A stretch of 64,000 bases of DNA, from assembly GCF_028641065.1 (NCBI RefSeq), contig NC_073387.1, positions 31,496,001-31,560,000 of the forward strand, read 5' to 3'. The stretch comes from Leucoraja erinacea. Taxonomy: Eukaryota. Below, piece by piece: positions 50,796 to 62,864 of the stretch; position 1 is the first letter of the stretch, and the number at the start of each line of letters is the position of its first letter. Position numbers and translations under genes: made by a program. The notes beneath the pieces were generated by a model that was not told where the DNA came from, did not search any database, and saw only the letters and a program-made list of their open reading frames with translations.

Positions 50796-52137
50796 AGTGA
50801 TAGCATTGATTGGAGTGAGGGTTGTGAGTTTTGAAAACAATTATATCTGATGCTATTTGATAAAAAATAGAGAGTAACCAATAGTAGTGCTCTGTGCAGG
50901 GCTTGAGGAAGTAATCCAAATGAAGAAGTACAAGAAGATCACTGAGTTAATGGAAAAGTAAATGTAAGAAGTCATGAAGTAGAGCAAACCTAGAACAATT
51001 TTGAAAAGTAATCTCAAAAAGTTATCAACACAGCACTAATAGGATACCATATGTTAGTGATTTGTTTGAGGTTTTATGATGACTGAATATTAAGGAAAGG
51101 TGTTCCAGTGAAAATACTGAAAACCTTGTTGAATGTCTAAGATTAGACCAGAACTATCAAAGTAAAATGCAAATTTAGAAATATAATGCCTATAAGATAA
51201 TAACTGAAGTCTGAGTCAAAAAAAAAAGCAAAGATGAATTGAAAGCTAGAGTGAAGAGATGGCAGAGGACAGGACTGTTGAAAGACATATATCTTGAGGT
51301 GAGTGTGAGAAATATAATTAACAGCAGCAATTGCAGCTTGTGTTTAAATAAGAAACTTTGACATTGAAACATGTCCCATTGCATTTCCCAGTGGCATACT
51401 GAAATGTGAATCTCAGTACAAAGGTGGGTACATCAGTGGGAAATTGTCTAAAGCTTGGCCAAGTAAATTAGTAATAAGGTGTATTTTACAATGGGCTAGG
51501 ATGGTGGAGAGTGGGGGTTAGGGACGTGAGGCCATTCTGGTAATAATAGACAAAGGGATCGGAGATGGCAGTTGGGAGTTGGGGATGAGGAGATGTTGAG
51601 TTGGAGGATTTGATAGCTGGTGGTTTCAGGAGATGGAAGCAGAATAGTCTTGCCCAGGAAATTTTGATGGCATGTAATGTTGAAGGTTATAAATAAATGA
51701 AGGATACAACCATGGAGAGATTTAAATTCAAGACCAAAGAACTTAAATCAGAGGTGCAGGGAGCGAGAATCGTACAATCATAAAATAATTTTGAAGAAAG
51801 CTTGGCCTTTGATGCTTGTTTTGAAGAGCAATTTGGCTAATTCTAATCCCTGCACTTACACATATCTATGAAAATGTAATACTTAACTGATTTATGTTTA
51901 AAGGACATTATTGAATCCAAATCCACCCTCTTATCAGAATGTGCATATCAAGTCTTATGTGTGTTTCAGCATTGATATTGACTTTCAGCTACCAAAAACA
52001 ATGACCTACACATTCCATTGTGCAGCACAACATGCTTGTATTCTAATCAATATCATTTCATTCAAAAAGTGTGATTTGGATTCATTGGGCTCTTAACCAA
52101 GGCTGCAATTTTCTGAAGAAGGGTCTCGACCCGAAAC

Positions 52138-52346
52138 TGTTGAGTAAATCACACATACTCACAGATCTGGTATATCAATATTTATTGAGTAACGTATACA
52201 ACACACTACAGCATGTTACTCCTACTATGCAGGAGTACTGACTGGCAGCACATGTTGGGTTGCGATAATATGAATGGTGTGGTATTAGGCGGAGCTTATA
52301 ATAATAAAGCACTACATTGTTTATTAAGTAAAGTAACCAATCTACA
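52138..52346 (-). repeat. 3' LTR
   Basis: Direct repeat of 59274-59474; about 12 substitutions plus one 8-bp indel by eye. Confidence 0.95.
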
Positions 52347-55300
52347 TCTTTCCTTGTAAGAATAAAAAGTGAAACACATCTACAGTAAAGTGATATATAT
52401 GCATAAGCACATTACTAGGTGCTGACTGATTAATAATGGAACCGAAACACTAATAGCACATACATGGAAATACAGACGGTTCAAACAAAATCCCCGTATC
52501 TAAGGGGCGGCCTACAAACCTGACCCGCATGCGTACGGTACAAATCCGCATCTTCTCCCGTCACCAGTTAGAATGCTGGGGTTCCGTGTGGCGGGAGAAC
52601 TGGTGATCCAGGGGGCAAACACGTGGTGGTGAGGGAGCTGAAGCCAAAACCAATGGTTGGTCTGCAGCTGCAGGTCACGAGGGAAGAGAAAGTGTCAGTA
52701 GATGGGTAGATTGGACTCGTCGCATCAGGATATAATACAGCAAGACATGGTTCCGTCACAGGAAGAAGATGTTGACGGTTGCATCTGTAGATCCCACCAT
52801 CAGCACTCACCAGGTATGAGTGCGGCTCTTTTGTGGGACTGTGGATGCAACCCAAATGGCCATAGCCCTTGTTGGTTTGAAGGCCACTGGAGAGAGGTTT
52901 AAGTGGTTTGCTGGACTTAACAAAAAAAATCGCTTTTGGGTATTGCATTTCAGTTGGAGTTGTTTCTGGCCGGCAAGTGGTGGACGAACCTGTGGCTGCA
53001 GTAGTTGTTGGGAATCAGGCAGTGTAGCACGGGTCTGTCGGGACATCAAGTGTTGGGCAGGAGACCCCAGTATTGGGTCACGGGCGATGTTTCTCAGGTT
53101 GAGCAGGTCCAGGTAGACATCAGATTTAGCAAGGTGTGAGCACTCCATCAATTGCTTGCCGCTCTGGACAGCCCATTCTGCAATTCCATTTGATTGTGGG
53201 AATTCTGGACTGCTGGTGACATGGCGAAAATCCAATTGTTGAGCAAAGTTTTTAAAACACTGGCTAGTGAACTGACTGTCGTTATCTGACAAGAGGCATG
53301 TGGGGGCACCGTGTATGAAGAAATGGAGCGCCAGTTTCTGGATTGCTGCAGCGGATGTTGGGCTTTGGAGCAGGGGCTGCTTCTGTTGGTGTGGCATCAG
53401 GCTGTTGCAGATAGCGCAGGCTTGAACTTTCTCGCGCACAAATTCAGTCATTCCGGGCCAGAAAAACATGCTCTTTGCTCAGACTATGGTAGCTTTCATG
53501 CCGCAGTGACCCCTGTGCATGGCATCAAAATATTTGTCACATAGGGCAGTTATGATGACTGCTTTGTGACCCTTGATTATGACACCGTCCTGCAGCATTT
53601 GTTCGTCACGGACCAGGTAGTATGGGCAAATAGGAAGCAGAGCGCGATATTGTTTATCTGGCCAGCCACGGTGGATGACTGAAGACAGTAACTGTAAAGT
53701 TGTATCCAAGCCGTATGCTCTGCCAGGTCACTTAGGCATTCTGTAGGTACGTACGGCACCATAATTACTGTGAACTGGTCATTTTCAGATGGCTGTTGTT
53801 CGCAGGTTGTTCGTGGGGTTCTTGATAGTTTCAGCCAGATGCATGTCCTTGCCCCTTTTGTAGACTAGGGTGAAATCAAAACTCTGTCACTGTATCAACA
53901 TCCATTGCAGGCGAGCAAGAGCAGCATGAATAAGTTTGTTCAGAATGGTGACCAACGGTTGGTGGTCTGGTTTCAACAACCACGGACTTCCCAACAATAA
54001 AGTCCTTAAATTTTATGCAGGCAGAAACAATGGCTAGTAATTCCTTTTCGATCTGGACGTATCGCTGTTCAGTCTTGGACAAGGTACGGGAGGCGTAAGC
54101 AATAGGTCTGCAGTATCCTTCGACGGAATTCTGTAGGCAAGCAGCTCCAAGTCCATATTAGTAGGCATGACACGTGAGTATCACCGGTATGTTTAAATTG
54201 AAATAAGTGAGGGTAGGGGCACTGGACAATTGTAATTTACGGATTTTGAAAGCCCTCTGGTGTTGTAGATACCTCGACCATGCAGTGTTCTTGTGAGTCA
54301 GTTGTCGCAGGGGGGCAGATCTTTCTCTGACGTTGGGAATTAATTTAGTTAATTAAAGTAGTTAACAATTCCCAGGAATCTCTGCAAACTTGTCACATCG
54401 ATGGGGACTGGCATTTCGTTGATGGCAATGGCTTTGGAGGGGTCAGGTCTGAGGCCGTCACTGGTGAATACATGTCCGACATACTGCACCTCCTTGACTC
54501 AGAATCTGCACTTCAGAGGGTTGAGCTTGAGGTGGATGTCTTTTGCACGGTCCAGCACTTTCTTTAAATTGGCATCGTATTCAGCCATGTCGCGTCCAGC
54601 AACAAGAATGTCGTCGACAATGATGGCACAAGTATACCCCGTAAATAATTGTTCATTGTACTCTGGAATACTTCGCTAGCAGAGTTGATGCCAAAGGGCA
54701 CCCGCAGAAATTTGTAATGGCCAAAGGGGGTGCTGAATGTGTTGAGTTTGGACGAGTCGGGGTCCAGCAGGATCTGGATGCCAAACAAGCTTTTGGCATC
54801 CAGAACAGAAAACACAGAGGCACTGCCTAACTGAGCAGCAACTTCCTCCACCATGCGCATCGGTTAGTGCGGGCATTTGATCGCTGTGTTCAGGTCCCTG
54901 TGGTTGATACAAATTTGGATTTCTTCTTTGTTTTTCTTTGTTGCAATCACCATTGTGGAAACCCAGTCGGATGGGTCCGTAACCACGGCAATGACACGCA
55001 GGGACACCATCCGCTGGAGCTCATTGTGTACTCTGTCACGCATAGCATGTGGAATGTGGTGTGGTGCTCGTACCACATGTAGGACATTTGCATCTGTGAC
55101 GATGTTGTATTTGATGGGTAGCTTATCGTCAAAAGGTTCCTTGTACTGGGAAAGTATCTGCTGGGTGGAGCCCTCAGCAGGGGATATTTGATGGACTGCA
55201 GGTCCAAAAGTTACCAGTCCTAGGTGTTCTGGCATGCGTTAATGCCAAGCAGAGTTGCAACTTTCCCACAGACAATTAAGAAAACTCAGCCTGTGAGCTT

Positions 55301-55678
55301 GTGATGCTAGGTGGCATTTCAGCTGAAAATGGCCGATGTGTTTACAATACGCTCTGCATTTTTGATACGTGTAAATTCGGATAATGACATGACGTTACAT
55401 TTGGCCCAGGTGTCGATCTTAGCAACAGTAATGGTATTGTTGACACAGAGTGAGACTTCAGGGTCGGGGTGCCTGTTAGCGGAATCAACCAGGGAATGTA
55501 TGTCATGACTCTTGTCTTCATGCTCGGGGAGAGTACCTGGAGGAGGTGCTGGTAGCTCTTGGTACTCGATATCAGAATTTTCATATTTTAACAGGTGCAC
55601 ATGCTGCCTTGGGAATGAGCAATTCCCATGGGCATGACAGCATTTAATGAAATGGTTTCGTTTTTGCAAAAATGGCAT

Positions 55679-56500
55679 ATCTATCTATCTATCTATCTCT
55701 ATCTCTATCTATCTATCTCTATCTCTATCTCTATCTATCTATCTCTATCTATCCTATTGCTAAAATTCTCATCTTGACCACTTCCGGTCTGCAATGTTTT
55801 TTAATTTGCACAAAAATGGTAATGTATATCACTATCTTACTCGGTGTTCTCCTCTGCACCAAGCCACCAAGTTTTGTTCCGATCGGTGGAGGATTACAAA
55901 AGTTATGAAGGTTTAAAAATCGTGAGATCAGCAGATTGGTCTTCTCGCCTGTCTGTCACAATGAAGGTAACGCCCCATCCATCACCTGCTGGAGAATAAA
56001 GTCCCAGAGGCGGGGTTGTCCGTGAGCACATCCAGAAGTCGCCTATCCAGAAGCCGCCCGTCCAGAAGCTACCGAGAATAAAGCTGAAGCAGTGGAGTGT
56101 GGGCTGTGTTCCAAGGGTGGGGGCTGTGAACGCTGGGGACTGGAGCAGCTGAGTGAGTGCGGAGCTGGGTCCTGGAGCCTGGAGTGTGGTCGGAGCCTGG
56201 GCCGGGAACCGGTGAGCCCACACACCCCCATTCCACCCCTCCTCCCCCCTACATCCCCCTCCCCACCCCATCTCCCCCAACCCCCCTCTCCACACACCCC
56301 CTCCCCCATGCTCCCCCCCCCCCCTGCGCTCCTCCTACCATTCACACTCCCCCCCTACCACCCACACCCCTCCCCCACATACACCCCTCCCCTACCCCCC
56401 ACAACCCCCTACCCCCACAACCCCCCCTACCCCACCACCCTCCCACTCCCACAACCCCACACACCCCCTCCTCCACACACATCCCCCCCACCCACACCTC
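55679..56500 (+). mobile_element. Helitron-like insert in gag with (CTAT)n/(CTATCT)n head and C-rich interior; 3' end unresolved
   Basis: A|TC start, TCTATC repeats, then CTATTGCTAAAATTCTCATCTTG; no TSD seen. Confidence 0.5.
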
Positions 56501-57351
56501 GTTTCCCAAGGCAAAGCACACCCTCCCCCACACCACGGGGTGCGCCTGACCCCCCCCCCACCACACAATAAACTCCCCAGATTGTCCACCACCCCCCCCC
56601 CCACCGCTGTTTACGGCAGGCCCCGTCTGAAGCCATCAACCCGGTCCGTGGAATGCAGGACATTTCCCCACTGAAGTGTGAGAGTCAGTGAGCCCAGAAT
56701 ACAGAACGCTTCCTCTGGCCATTGCGTTTCAGTAACACGTGAGTAATTAATGGACATACTTTACATTAGGTCCACCCACCAATTGCGCTGGGGAGTTCAC
56801 ACACTGGGACTGCACAAACCCCACGTAGTATAGTATGTTTTCTAAAGGCAAAAGCCACAGTTCACGATCTAGCGGGGTGTCGAGACATTTAAACACTGTT
56901 CAATAAATACTTTGTGATTGTCGAGATGATGTGTGTGACTGGGAGCGCTGTTTACGGTAGGAGGTGTCGGTAGCATCAACACGGTACGAGGAATGCGGTC
57001 CTGGCCCCACTGATTTAGTGTGAGAGTCAGTGAGCTCAGGAATACGACAAGTATGTTCAGCTCTGGCCAGGATTTGTTCAGTATCACGGAGTAATTCATC
57101 ACGTACTTTATCACTGAGGATTCCACCCACCAATCTGTCGCAGATGAGTTCATCACACAGATTTGCAAAACGGCAGCGTGCAGCAATATGTTTTAGAGTG
57201 CTGATATAAGTTTCCACAGGCTCACCTTGTAGCTGGTGTCGAGCAAAAAAATTAGTACGTTCTAGTACTGAGTTAGTGCGAAGGTCGCATAGCTATCTGA
57301 ATTTGTTGAACAGAACATCGGGATCATCAATAGTTTCAGCAGGTACCACAA

Positions 57352-58795
57352 CCTCACAGCGTACTTCCATGGGAAGGAGTCCTCGCCCCCCACTGATGAC
57401 CCCTTTTCTCGTCTCCAACGCACCCCCACCTCGTGGAACCCCCCCTCGTGGACAATTTCCGGCTTTAAAGCTCTTCATCAATAACTGCCGTCGTGACGTC
57501 AACCGCATCAACTTCTCCACTCTCCCGTCTCACTCCAATATCTCCCCCATGAACGTTCTGCCATCGACTCACTCTGCAACAACCCAGATTGGGTTATCAA
57601 ACCCGCCGACAAGGGAGGTGCCGTGGTAGTCTGGCGCACCGATCTCTACAAAGCTGAGGCCACGTGCCAACTCTCGGACACCTCCTCCTACTTACCCCTG
57701 GACCATGACCCCACTGACGAGCACCAGGCCACCATCTCCAGCACCATCTGACCGACTTCATCAACTCCAATGCCCTACCCGACCGAGCCTCCAACCTCAT
57801 CGTTCCCCAGCCCACCACGGCCCGATTTTACCTTCTCCCCAAAATCCACAAACCTGACTGTCCCAGAAGACCCATTGTCTCTGCCTGTTCGTGCCCCACC
57901 GAACTAATTTCCGAATACCTTGACTCCATCTGCTCCACGGATGAGGCGTTCCACATCAGGACATCTGAAATGTCCTCATTATTCAGGGAACGGGGGTTCC
58001 CCTCCTCCACGATAGATGAGCCTCGCACCAGGGTCTCTTCCATACCCCACAACACTGCTCTCTCTCCCCATCTCCCCCACTCGCAACAAGGGCAGTCCCC
58101 CTAGTCCTCACCTTTCACCCCACCAGCCGTCACATACAAAAAGTAATCCTCCGTCAGTTTTGCCACCTCCAATGTGACCCCGACACTCACCACATCTTCC
58201 CATCTCCCCCCATATCTGCCTTCCTCAAAGACCGCTCCCTCTATAACTCCCTTGTCAATTCTTCCCTTCCCTCTCGTCCACCCCCTCCCCGGTCACTTTC
58301 CCTTGCAACCGCAAGAGATGCAACACTTGGCCCTTTACCTCCCCCCTCGACTCCATTCAAGGATCCAAGCAGTCGTTCCAGGTGTGACAGAGGATTACCT
58401 GCATCTCCTCCAACCTCATCTATTGCATCCGCTGCTCTAGATGTCAGCAGATCTATATCGGTGAGACCAAGTGGAGGTTGGGCGATCGGTTCGCCGAACA
58501 CCTCAGCTCGGTCCGCAATAACCAAGCTGACCTCCCGGTGGCTCAGCACTTCAACTCCCCCTCCCACTCTGTTTCCGACCTCTCTGTCCTGGGTCTCCTC
58601 CATGGCCACAGTGGGCAGCACTGGAAATTGGAGGAACAGCACCTCATATTCCGCTTGGGGAGTCTGCATCCTGGGGGCATGAACATCGAATTCTCCCAAT
58701 GTTGTTAGTCCTTGCTATCTCCTCCCCTTCCTCAGTCCCCCTGCTGTCTCCTCCCATCCCCCAGCCTTCGGGCTCCTCCTCCTTTTTCCTTTCTT

Positions 58796-58830
<35 letters not shown>

Positions 58831-58942
58831 ACCCCCGATCAGTCTGAAGAAGGGTTTCGGCCCGAAACGTTGCCTATTTCCTTCGCTCCATAGATGCTGC
58901 TGCATCCGCTGAGTTTCTCCAGCTTTTTTGTGTACCTTCTTA
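57352..58942 (+). mobile_element. Penelope-like element, 5'-truncated, RT core deleted, GIY-YIG endonuclease and pLTR retained
   Basis: KPADKGGAVV and [19 protein letters not shown], then LIYCIRCSRCQQIYIGET...RFAEH (about 58410-58500); TSD ACCACAA at 57345-51 and 58943-49; removal restores gag NQIVVPAETIDD. Confidence 0.92.
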
Positions 58943-59273
58943 ACCACAATCTGATTGTTGTGATCCAGAACTGCAGGAGCAAAGTCGAAGCTCTCTGCTG
59001 GTTTGATAGCCTCTTGGCCAGCGATGTTGAAATGTATAGAGGCACAGTGTTCTGGTGGAATGTTGCGATGAGCAGCACAGATGTAATAGTTGAAATCACG
59101 CTCGAAAGTCCACCAACGTTCAGCTAGGTGAGTCAAAAATCAGAGGATCAGGTTTGCGGAATGAGTTGGCCATAGCAACATGAGAAGGGACAAAATGGGT
59201 GAGATAAAACACTGATAATAAAATAAAAACCGATATACTTAAACGCAGAGTGGGTTGACCATATCTGAGACCA

Positions 59274-59474
59274 TGTTGAGTAAATCACACATACTCACAG
59301 ATCTAGTATAACAATATTTATTGAGTAACGTATACAACACAGTACAGCATGTTACTGCAGCAGTACTGACCGGCAGCACATGTCGGGTTGAGATAATATG
59401 AATGGTGTGATAATAGGCGGAGCTTATAACAATAAAGCACTACATTGGTTAGTAAGTAAAGTAACCAATCTACA
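59274..59474 (-). repeat. 5' LTR
   Basis: Direct repeat of 52138-52346, adjacent to the PBS. Confidence 0.95.
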
Positions 59475-59951
59475 GAAACGTCACCTATTCTTTCTCTCCT
59501 GAGATGCTGCTCATCCCGCTGAGTTACTCCAGCTTTTTGTGTCTATCTGCAATTTTCATCTTTGATCTATACCTCACATGCAGGAAACGATGGATCACTG
59601 TGACATCCAGTGATGTTCAATATATAACTGAATGCCACTCTCTGCAATGTTCAGGCCTGCCATATTTCAGGAGCAAAGGGGGTCGGAAGGGTTTTCATAT
59701 AGAAGCAGGGCATCGTAAGACAAATAAGACAGCTTCTGTTAGACACAAGTTCCTGATCCTCCTGTAAAATTTGCCTGCTTAGTATTCCTCATTTAATGCA
59801 ATGCTCCATACTTTAAAGAAATTCTACCCCTTTTAATAAAGACAGTAGTTCCATCAAATCTCCTCTTGGTGTTCTTTGCTTAAAGAACACCCCCAGCAAG
59901 TACAGATTTCCCATATACACACACACAGATATATCTACATCTATATATATA

Positions 59952-61479
59952 CAGTGCATTCAGAAAGTATTCAGACCCGTTCACTTTTTCCACATTTTGT
60001 TATGTTACAGCCTTATTCTAAAATGGATTCAATTCTTTTTTTTAAAATCATCGATCTACACACAATACCTCATAATAAAAAAGCGAAAACAGGTGTTTAC
60101 ATTTTTTTGCAAAGTTATTAAAAAGAAATAACTGAAATATCACATTTACATTAGTATTCAGACCCTTTACAGTACTTTGTTGAGGCATTTTTCGCAACAA
60201 TTACAGCCTCAAATCTTCTTGGGTATGTTGCTAGAAGCTTGGCACACCTGTATTTGGGTAATTTCTCCCATTCTTCTCTGCAGATCCCCTCAAGCTCTGT
60301 CAGGTTGGATGGAGAGCGTCGATGCACAGCTATTTTCAGGTCCCTCCAGAGATGTTTGATCGGGATCAAGTCCGGGCTCTGGCTGGGCCACTCAGGGACA
60401 TTCACAGACTTGTCACAAAGCCACTCCTGCGTTGTCTTGGCTGCGTGCTTAGGGTCGTTGTCCTGTTGGAAGGTGAACCTCTACCCCTGGAGCAGGTTTT
60501 CATCAGTTCCTGCCACTGAAAAACATCCCCACAGCATGATGTTGCCACCACCATGCTTCACCGTAGGTATGGTATTGGCCAGGTGATGAGCGGTGCCTGG
60601 TTTCCACCAGATGTGATGCTTGGCATTCAGGCCAACGAGTTCAATCTTGATTAGAGCACACCAGAAAATCTTGTTTCTCATGCCTTTTGGCAAACTCCAA
60701 GCGGGATGTCATGCGCCTTTTACTGAGGAGTGGCTTCCGTCTGGCCACTCTACCATCAAGGCCTGATTGGTGGAATGCTGCAGGTATAGTTGTCCTTCTG
60801 GAAGGTCCCCCCATCACCACAGAGGAACTCTGAAGTTCTGTCAGAGTGACCATCGGATTCTTGGTCACCTCCCTGACCAAGGCCCTTCTCCCCCGATTGC
60901 TCAGTTTGGCCGGGTGTCCAGCTCAATAAAGTTCCAAGTTCGTCCTTTTAAGAATGACAGAGGCCACTGTGCTCTTCGGGACTTGCAAAGCTGCAGAAAT
61001 TGTTTTATATCCTTCCCCAGATCTGTGTCTCGACACAATCCTGTCTCAGAGGTCTACGGCCAATTCCTTCATCTTCATGGCTTGGTTAGTGACCTGACAT
61101 GCACTGTTAACTGTGGGACCTTATATAGACAGGTGTGTGCCTTTCCAAATCATGTCCAATCAATTTAATTTACTACTGGTGAACTCCAAACAAGTTGTAG
61201 AAACATCTTAAGGATAATCAATGGAAACAGGATGAACCTAAGCTCAATTTTGAATGTCATAGCAAAGGATCTGTATACTTATGTAAATGTGATATTTCAG
61301 CTATTTCTTTTTAATTAGATTGCAAAAATTCCTAAACACCTGTTTTCGCTTCTTCATTCTGGGATATTGTGTGTAGATTGATGATAAAAAATATATAATT
61401 TAATCTATTTTAAAATAAGGCTGTAACGTAACAAAATGTGGAAAAAGTGAAGGGGTCTGAATACCTTCCTTATGCACTA
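59952..61479 (-). mobile_element. Tc1 transposon with both long TIRs and a decayed transposase
   Basis: TA|CAGTGCATTCAGAAAGTATTCAGACCC and GGGTCTGAATACCTTCCTTATGCACTA|TA; about 210-bp IR/DR-type TIRs; WPSQSPDLIPIKHLW, TVKHGGGNIMLWGCF, VARRKPLL. Confidence 0.95.
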
Positions 61480-62159
61480 TATATATATTTATATCATCCC
61501 ACCAAAAATATATCACATCATGATTTCTTGCATTTTTTATATGAATTTTATCTGCCAAACATCTACCTATTCTTCCATCTTACCCATAGAGGGAGCGTTG
61601 AAAATGCCAATTTTTTACATTTTATGCTTTTTTTTTAATCTCATGCCATATTTCAGGAATTTCCTTTTCTGTCAGAAGTTTAGTAAATGCCTGTTCTTTG
61701 ATAAACTCCAAAGCAGTATTCATTTAACATCTCAGTTTGGATTTATTGTGCCATCAATAATCTCCATCATGGACCCCCTCATCAACCCCACCGCTCCTCT
61801 GACTACTGTAGCTGCTATTGTGGCAGACCTTAAGGTTATCAAGGTTGGAAAGAGAGGATACAACTAAGGGAGGGGCTTGGTTTAGCATTGGTTTAGTGAT
61901 TTTGAAACTACTATCTGGAAAGATGAGGGGTCGGAAGGAAGGTATCCAGCATTTTTAAGGAACACCAGGAATAATTCATATGCAATGCCATTACATTGGT
62001 TTAATAACACAGTCTCCCAGGCATTCACAAATATTCATACCATCATGGGTGAATAAGATGCATTTGCAAACAAGCATGAAAATCATCTACCATATTAATA
62101 CTTTGAAATATGATCACATTGGGCATATGCTCCAGATTAACACAAAGTGCGTTGGATAA

Positions 62160-62864
62160 TCTCTCCCTGCACGGGAGACCCGAACCTTTCTTGTCGGGTC
62201 TCCGTTGTCGTTGGAGCTGCAACGAGGAGCGGCCTCCAACAGGAGAAGACAGGGGACTCTGGTGCCGACGACTCACCGTCACCGTCGCGGAGCTGGCCGA
62301 GTCCAGAGCGGGTGGAGCAGTGGAGGAGCGCTGCTACTGCTGCTGCTGCGGCCCGACCTCCGGAGATTCGAAGGCTGCAACTGCGGGTCTGGCGGACGGC
62401 AGCACCGGGAGCCCGCGGGCCCCTGGAGGGAGACCGCTTTTCAGGGCTCTCGCAACGGCGACTTCTCCCGCCCGAGTTGCGGGGTCGAAGAGCTCCTGGA
62501 GCGAGGCCTGACATCACCGCCCCATGCGGCTTGGAATGGCCGCGAGACTCTGCGAGCACACGTCGGGGGCTCTAACACCAAGACCCAGTGTGCGACCTCG
62601 CATCACCCGGCGTGGCTTTAATGGCCGCGAGGACAATCGCCATCGCCAGCCGGGGGCTTTGACTTTGACTCTGACATCGGGGGGGGGGGGGGGGAGAGTG
62701 CAGTGGAGAGATACGTTTTTTTTGGCCTTCCATCACAGCGATGTGATGGATGTTTATGTAAATTATGTTGTGTCTTGGGTCTATTTGTTTGTAATGTATG
62801 GCTGCAGAAACGGCATTTCGTTTGGACCCAATGACAATTAAATTGAATCTTGATCTTGATCTTG
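62160..62864 (+). repeat. Unclassified GC-rich retroposon 3' region
   Basis: Second half matches 46785-47130; tail (ATCTTG)n. Confidence 0.7.

Larger units (their letters stand above)
52138..59474 (-). mobile_element. Full-length decayed Gypsy (Mag-like) LTR retrotransposon with two nested insertions
   Basis: LTRs TGT...ACA at 52138-52346 and 59274-59474; TSD GAAAC at 52133-37 and 59475-79; PBS-like TGGTCTCAGA; PPT AAGGAAAGA; gag ATG at 59173; protease KIDTWAKCNV, RT FSVLDAKS/IVDDIL, RNase H QIEKELLAI, integrase SDNDSQF...PQSNGIAE. Confidence 0.95.

Noticed and set aside
62043-62841. GC-rich ORFs or a CpG-island promoter
   Set aside because: The region is a dispersed repeat, with a second copy at 46781, ending in a microsatellite tail.
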